Shown: one piece after another, positions 59,565 to 64,000 of the stretch
How positions within the stretch are numbered: the stretch's first letter is position 1
Layout of the letters: the number at the start of each line of letters is the position of its first letter
NCBI GenBank assembly: GCA_963759805.1
Contig: CAVXAT010000002.1
Coordinates: forward strand, 1-64,000
Source of the DNA: an uncultured bacterium
Lineage (GTDB): Bacteria > Babelota > Babeliae > Babelales > RVW-14
Direction: 5' to 3'
DNA length: 64,000 nt
Notes under the pieces: model-generated
Database searches by the model: none
Seen by the model: only the letters and a program-made list of their open reading frames with translations
Told to the model about the DNA's origin: nothing
Program-made: the position numbers and the translations under genes

Positions 59565-62500
59565 ATGAAATTTAAAAATATTTTGATTTATCTTTTTGCT
59601 GTAGGGCAGGTTGGTTTTGCATGGGGAATGGGAAGAACACAATTTGCTAGTTCGTGTACAGAGCTCTGGTTTCAGGGAAGCAGTATACAGGACCAGGCAC
59701 GTCCCACAACCTCTAGTGAATGGGGTATCAGAGTTAATTTACCTTCACGCAGCAGGTACACGAGCGAATCCTCATATTCACGGTCTAGCGGTCCTTTGAG
59801 AAAATGTTTTGCTAATTCACCAACGAAGGCTGTATTTAATTTACCTAATCTTGTGAGTTCTCATCAGTATAAAACTCTTGATAAGGCATTTAGTGCACTA
59901 CTAAATTCAGACGCTACTGTGAAAGCTGTACAAAATGACCCGAATGTTCTTGTACAATTGTATTCCGCATTGGCACAACTTCATGAGCAAATGGCTTTTC
60001 AGGATAAAAAGAACACTTTGGTTACAGATGGTACACACTGGTTTTTACAAAAACCAAATGGAAAACGGCTCGATTTAACATCAAAAGTGTCCAATGCCTC
60101 TTATGCAATAAACCAATTTGTCTATGAAATTAAAGATGAATTAGAAAGCAAAGGAATCCCTTTTGATCTTGTTTTGCGCAGCCATCGCGAATGTGTTGGT
60201 TTTTCTAAAGATGGCAAAAAAGTAATTCATCGATACTCTGGTCTCCCCGGATCCGGGCAGGAATATGTTCTTGATTTGATTGTATCCACGGAAGATGATG
60301 GATCCAAAAAGATTACTCACAAGATTAAGAATAAAAATAAAGTAAATGATAAAAATTTACGAAAACCAAAAGATGTACAACCGCCAGCTCCCACAATTCC
60401 ACATGCTCCAACTCCCACTCCAGATATCCTATACAAGGGCGTAATTTTATCCCAACAGCCTCTCTTGATTGATACAAGTGTTGATGCACGTTGTAAAGGC
60501 ACAATAAAAACTTACATGGACTCTCCTAAATTTGCCGAAAAGGCATATTCTCTTTTTAATTCCAAAGATGCATTTAGGGGAATCCGTTTTACAGAAAATG
60601 ATTTTAATTTAACAGAGAGGAGTCCTGATGGAACACTTGTCTATATTGCAGGAGCTTTAGTGGAACACGAAGATGGCACGAAAGAAGCTGGCGCTATTAG
60701 AATTGTTGTAAAACCTAATCCAGAAATGCCTGAAATAAGAGAGATACATTCTTATGTTGGAGAATTAAATAAAGATGTATCCAATGGGTTGGATGTTAAT
60801 CCGCTCACTCAGGACCGACCCGGCAAAAAGGACGATGGCGTTTCTTCTGATCCTAAAATCTCTCCCACACCTAAACACATCTTTGATATGTCAAAGCTTT
60901 TAGATTCTGATCTTAAGCAGATTGACCTACACCATTATATGTTGAATCAATCGACAAAACAATTTGTCAGATTTAACTCTCACATTGACAGCTTACAACA
61001 GGGTAGAGGAACACAAGCCGCAGATGGTTCTACTACAAAACCCCAGCAAGGTCCTAATACTGGTGCAGCTGGTGATAGAAAAGACAAAATAGCTCCCGAA
61101 AACGAATATACAGAAGCAGGTCAAACGCATAAAAACCTTGCGGGTCAGCATCAACTTGAAACTCAAGATCAAGATGATGAATTGCCCAAACAAGAATCCT
61201 CTCAGGCAGGGGCAGCTAATGTTGACGCCAAAGCTGCCGAAGAGGCAGCTGCAGCTAAAGCCCAAGCTGAAGCCGAAGAAACAGCCGCCAAAGCAGCTAA
61301 AGAAGAAGCCGACGCTATGGCAAAAAAAGCAGTCGATAAAAAAATAGCATCTGAAGCCTCAGCAAAGAAAACCAGAAGATCTAAAGCCATCCTAGCTCAA
61401 CAAAACAAAGATATAACCCAAAAATCTCTACACCAAGCTGAACAAATTGAAGCATTGGTAAATAAGGGGTTCACTAAAGATCTCGCAAAAATGAAAGTAT
61501 GCGCACCCAGAGAATACAGTGCATTTGTTAAATTGAGCGATAAACAGATTTTGCAACGTGAAGAGCTATCCACAGCTAAAACAGATGTAGGGGGCACAGC
61601 TAAGCCATCCCAGCCAGTTGAAATGTCACAACCAATCAGACTCACACTTGCAGATCGTTTTCAACAAGCAACTTCTGTTGATTCAGGAACTCAAGGAAAA
61701 CAACCAGCGCTTAATTTTTCGATAGAAGATCGAAACCGTGGATTCAAAGAGCGCATAGCACGCATGCAACAACACTCAACAAGCAGATTATCAGAACAAC
61801 CAAAAGCACCTGTAATACCAGAAGTACCGGTAAAACCAGTTGAAACGCCAACTCAGGCACCACAACCGCAACAACCAACATTTATAGAAAGAATTAGAGA
61901 GCGTGCTGCTGAAGTTATTGAAATGGCCAAAATACCAGCCCTGGAAACACTCAAAACCGTTGTGACATCTGCCACAGATAATCTTTTAAAATACTTTTTT
62001 ACTTCCCCTCCCACCATGGACGGAAAACATTTCTTTGGTGAAGGCCCAGAAGAGACAAGATATACTCCATATTTGGATAGGCCACTACTAAATTTGCAAA
62101 GTAAATTGCATCCAGACATGGAAATGCAAGACTCATCACAAAATCTAGCAACTGCAGCTGCTTCTTCTGGCGAACAGGAATATCCGATTATGTTCGATCC
62201 CACAGCTCGCCCAGTAAAAATAACGCACACTGGATATTCTTCATCTAATCCTACGGAAGTAGAAAAACCCTTTGTAATGCCTCACGATGTCGGCATTGAA
62301 GGACCAACTGCAACAACACAAACTGGTCACTTAAACCTGGAACAATTTAAACGCCACACAGACTACACGGCAAAGAAAAGTGCAGAATTGGCAGAGATTA
62401 CTCGTGATAACCCAACGCTGCAAAATACCTGCAAATTTGTGGATGCTCTGAATAGATTTGCTAACTTATATGCAGAGGCTGATGATGGGGTTGGAGCAAC

Positions 62501-63563
62501 CGCTTTGGGCAAAGCCGCACAAAACACATTGCGCAATGCACAAAGGGCTGCGACAGCATTGGGTAGAGGTGCAATTCGAGGTGCTGAGAAATTTGATCCC
62601 AAGGTTATGTTTGTTGCCAATGCAAAACTTGCAATGTTTGCAATTGGGGAAATTAGCAGGCAAGAAACTGTCGACCAGGCCTTTTTATCTTTCAATCCTG
62701 AACAAGCTGAGCAGGCGGCTTCGGCACATGCTCAACATTGCACAGAACAGTATCAAGCATTTTCAACGGCTGCCAAACAAACTCTTGAGCGGTTAAGGAG
62801 CATGCCATGGGAAGAAGTGCTTGAAAATGGTTCTGAGCTTGGTGTTGATCTTGTTATGCAAGGTGTGTTTATTAACGGACTGGGCAAACTTGGTGGAACA
62901 GCATTGCAGCGTTTTGCTGCATTAACATCGGATTTAAATGAAATTGTCAAAGCTGAAAAAATAGCCGCTGCCACTGGAAAGGCTTCCGCTCAAATTACAG
63001 AGCTTGGGCAACAGGTTGCTGTTGTAGGTAAACTTACTGAACAAGAGGGATCTGAAGTAGCAGGAAGAGTTGTTGGAATTATTAAAGATAATCCCGAGCT
63101 TATCCAGAGCGAATTTGGTTTTGTACAAACTGTAAGAGCTGTATCAAAAATTGAGCAAAAGCCACATTGGGAATCGCTTGCGCTTGACCCTGCCCATGGA
63201 AATAAAATAAGTATCAAAAGTATTGAGGAAGCTTTGGCTGGAATTGCTGCTGAAGAAAAAGGATTTTTACCAGGACCTATTAGGCGCGATCCGAGCGCAG
63301 CCGCAGAATTTATTGATACATTAGGAAGAGCTTGGGATGTTAAAACTCCACTATCACTTGCTCCCAATGGGCAACATGTTTTCAAAATCGACCAGGTATT
63401 TAGTAGTATCAAACGAGAACTAGGACTTGGCGAAAATGTCATCTTGAGTATGATTAAACTTAATAAAGAGGATGCGTTGTCTTTGATTGCAAAATTAAAA
63501 ACAGAATTGTCAGCAGCTGAGATCGAAAAAATTATTACTGTTTTTAGAGAGGACTTATTTTAA
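59565..63563 (+). CDS. Large secreted polymorphic-toxin-like protein with a putative C-terminal nuclease
   Basis: Signal peptide, long low-complexity linker, Gly/Ala-rich pre-toxin helices, C-terminal DPAHG...EEA...AEFID..G..WDVK motif. Confidence 0.65.
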   Translation: MKFKNILIYLFAVGQVGFAWGMGRTQFASSCTELWFQGSSIQDQARPTTSSEWGIRVNLPSRSRYTSESSYSRSSGPLRKCFANSPTKAVFNLPNLVSSHQYKTLDKAFSALLNSDATVKAVQNDPNVLVQLYSALAQLHEQMAFQDKKNTLVTDGTHWFLQKPNGKRLDLTSKVSNASYAINQFVYEIKDELESKGIPFDLVLRSHRECVGFSKDGKKVIHRYSGLPGSGQEYVLDLIVSTEDDGSKKITHKIKNKNKVNDKNLRKPKDVQPPAPTIPHAPTPTPDILYKGVILSQQPLLIDTSVDARCKGTIKTYMDSPKFAEKAYSLFNSKDAFRGIRFTENDFNLTERSPDGTLVYIAGALVEHEDGTKEAGAIRIVVKPNPEMPEIREIHSYVGELNKDVSNGLDVNPLTQDRPGKKDDGVSSDPKISPTPKHIFDMSKLLDSDLKQIDLHHYMLNQSTKQFVRFNSHIDSLQQGRGTQAADGSTTKPQQGPNTGAAGDRKDKIAPENEYTEAGQTHKNLAGQHQLETQDQDDELPKQESSQAGAANVDAKAAEEAAAAKAQAEAEETAAKAAKEEADAMAKKAVDKKIASEASAKKTRRSKAILAQQNKDITQKSLHQAEQIEALVNKGFTKDLAKMKVCAPREYSAFVKLSDKQILQREELSTAKTDVGGTAKPSQPVEMSQPIRLTLADRFQQATSVDSGTQGKQPALNFSIEDRNRGFKERIARMQQHSTSRLSEQPKAPVIPEVPVKPVETPTQAPQPQQPTFIERIRERAAEVIEMAKIPALETLKTVVTSATDNLLKYFFTSPPTMDGKHFFGEGPEETRYTPYLDRPLLNLQSKLHPDMEMQDSSQNLATAAASSGEQEYPIMFDPTARPVKITHTGYSSSNPTEVEKPFVMPHDVGIEGPTATTQTGHLNLEQFKRHTDYTAKKSAELAEITRDNPTLQNTCKFVDALNRFANLYAEADDGVGATALGKAAQNTLRNAQRAATALGRGAIRGAEKFDPKVMFVANAKLAMFAIGEISRQETVDQAFLSFNPEQAEQAASAHAQHCTEQYQAFSTAAKQTLERLRSMPWEEVLENGSELGVDLVMQGVFINGLGKLGGTALQRFAALTSDLNEIVKAEKIAAATGKASAQITELGQQVAVVGKLTEQEGSEVAGRVVGIIKDNPELIQSEFGFVQTVRAVSKIEQKPHWESLALDPAHGNKISIKSIEEALAGIAAEEKGFLPGPIRRDPSAAAEFIDTLGRAWDVKTPLSLAPNGQHVFKIDQVFSSIKRELGLGENVILSMIKLNKEDALSLIAKLKTELSAAEIEKIITVFREDLF

Positions 63564-63564
63564 T

Positions 63565-63903
63565 ATGGCAAACCTGATACTGAAAAATGACAAAGTTATA
63601 TGGAAGTGTTCCAACTCCATGCTGGCTCTTATTTATGAAACAATTATGGGAATTATGAATGATAAAAAAATGAATAAAGAGTCCGCAGTTTGCAAATTTG
63701 TGGAAAAATTAAATCAGGATATCTATGGAGATGGATGTATTTCTATTGATCTGGATGATTATCTAAAAAACAATGACGATATACTTGTTTTTGCAAAGTT
63801 ATTTAAGGAATCAATAGAACAGCTTAAGAAAAAATTTGAATGGCAAGAAGAACTATATAGCCACACATTAAAATTATATCAACAGCTGACATGCCCTGAT
63901 TAA
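63565..63903 (+). CDS. Putative immunity protein
   Basis: 112 aa, no signal peptide, start separated from the toxin-like gene stop by a single base. Confidence 0.55.
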   Translation: MANLILKNDKVIWKCSNSMLALIYETIMGIMNDKKMNKESAVCKFVEKLNQDIYGDGCISIDLDDYLKNNDDILVFAKLFKESIEQLKKKFEWQEELYSHTLKLYQQLTCPD

Positions 63904-64000
63904 TTATCATAGAGCATAATGTTTTTGTCATTTTCATGCCTCGGCATGTATAAAAGTGCTGGGGCTTTTTTGCTGCACTCGCTACCGTTGGCATGGAAGG

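Overview
AT-rich bacterial chromosome segment. The gene content (ribosomal superoperon lacking rpmD, many Sec-type secreted eukaryote-like proteins) suggests a protist-infecting intracellular bacterium, most like Ca. Dependentiae/Babelota; this is an inference, not a database result. 1-4.5 kb is an IS pile-up: a complete IS110 (IS621-like) whose bridge RNA guides can be read directly, plus IS30 and IS982 copies that disrupt a D-2-hydroxyacid dehydrogenase gene. 5.3-24.6 kb holds arfB and the contiguous str-S10-spc-alpha superoperon, with several single-base indels that are probably sequencing errors. 24.9-54.5 kb holds housekeeping genes (rseP, lpxC, rplM, pyrG, pepP, lptD, recR, yidC, amidase, acs, tlyA, htrA-like, pssA, grpE). 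These are interspersed with an IS481, hicAB, mobile mystery proteins A/B, a Skp1/BTB-like-WD40 effector and a duplicated cluster of secreted membrane proteins. 54.9-63.9 kb is an effector/toxin operon: tandem USP/pseudo-USP-pentapeptide protein, pentapeptide protein, polymorphic toxin, immunity candidate. The most striking observation is a nested system of short palindromic elements. 33/36-bp hairpin units (multiples of 3) sit in the loops of REP-like hairpins, inside each other and in frame within proteins, and the IS110 bridge RNA appears programmed to target this same repeat family.
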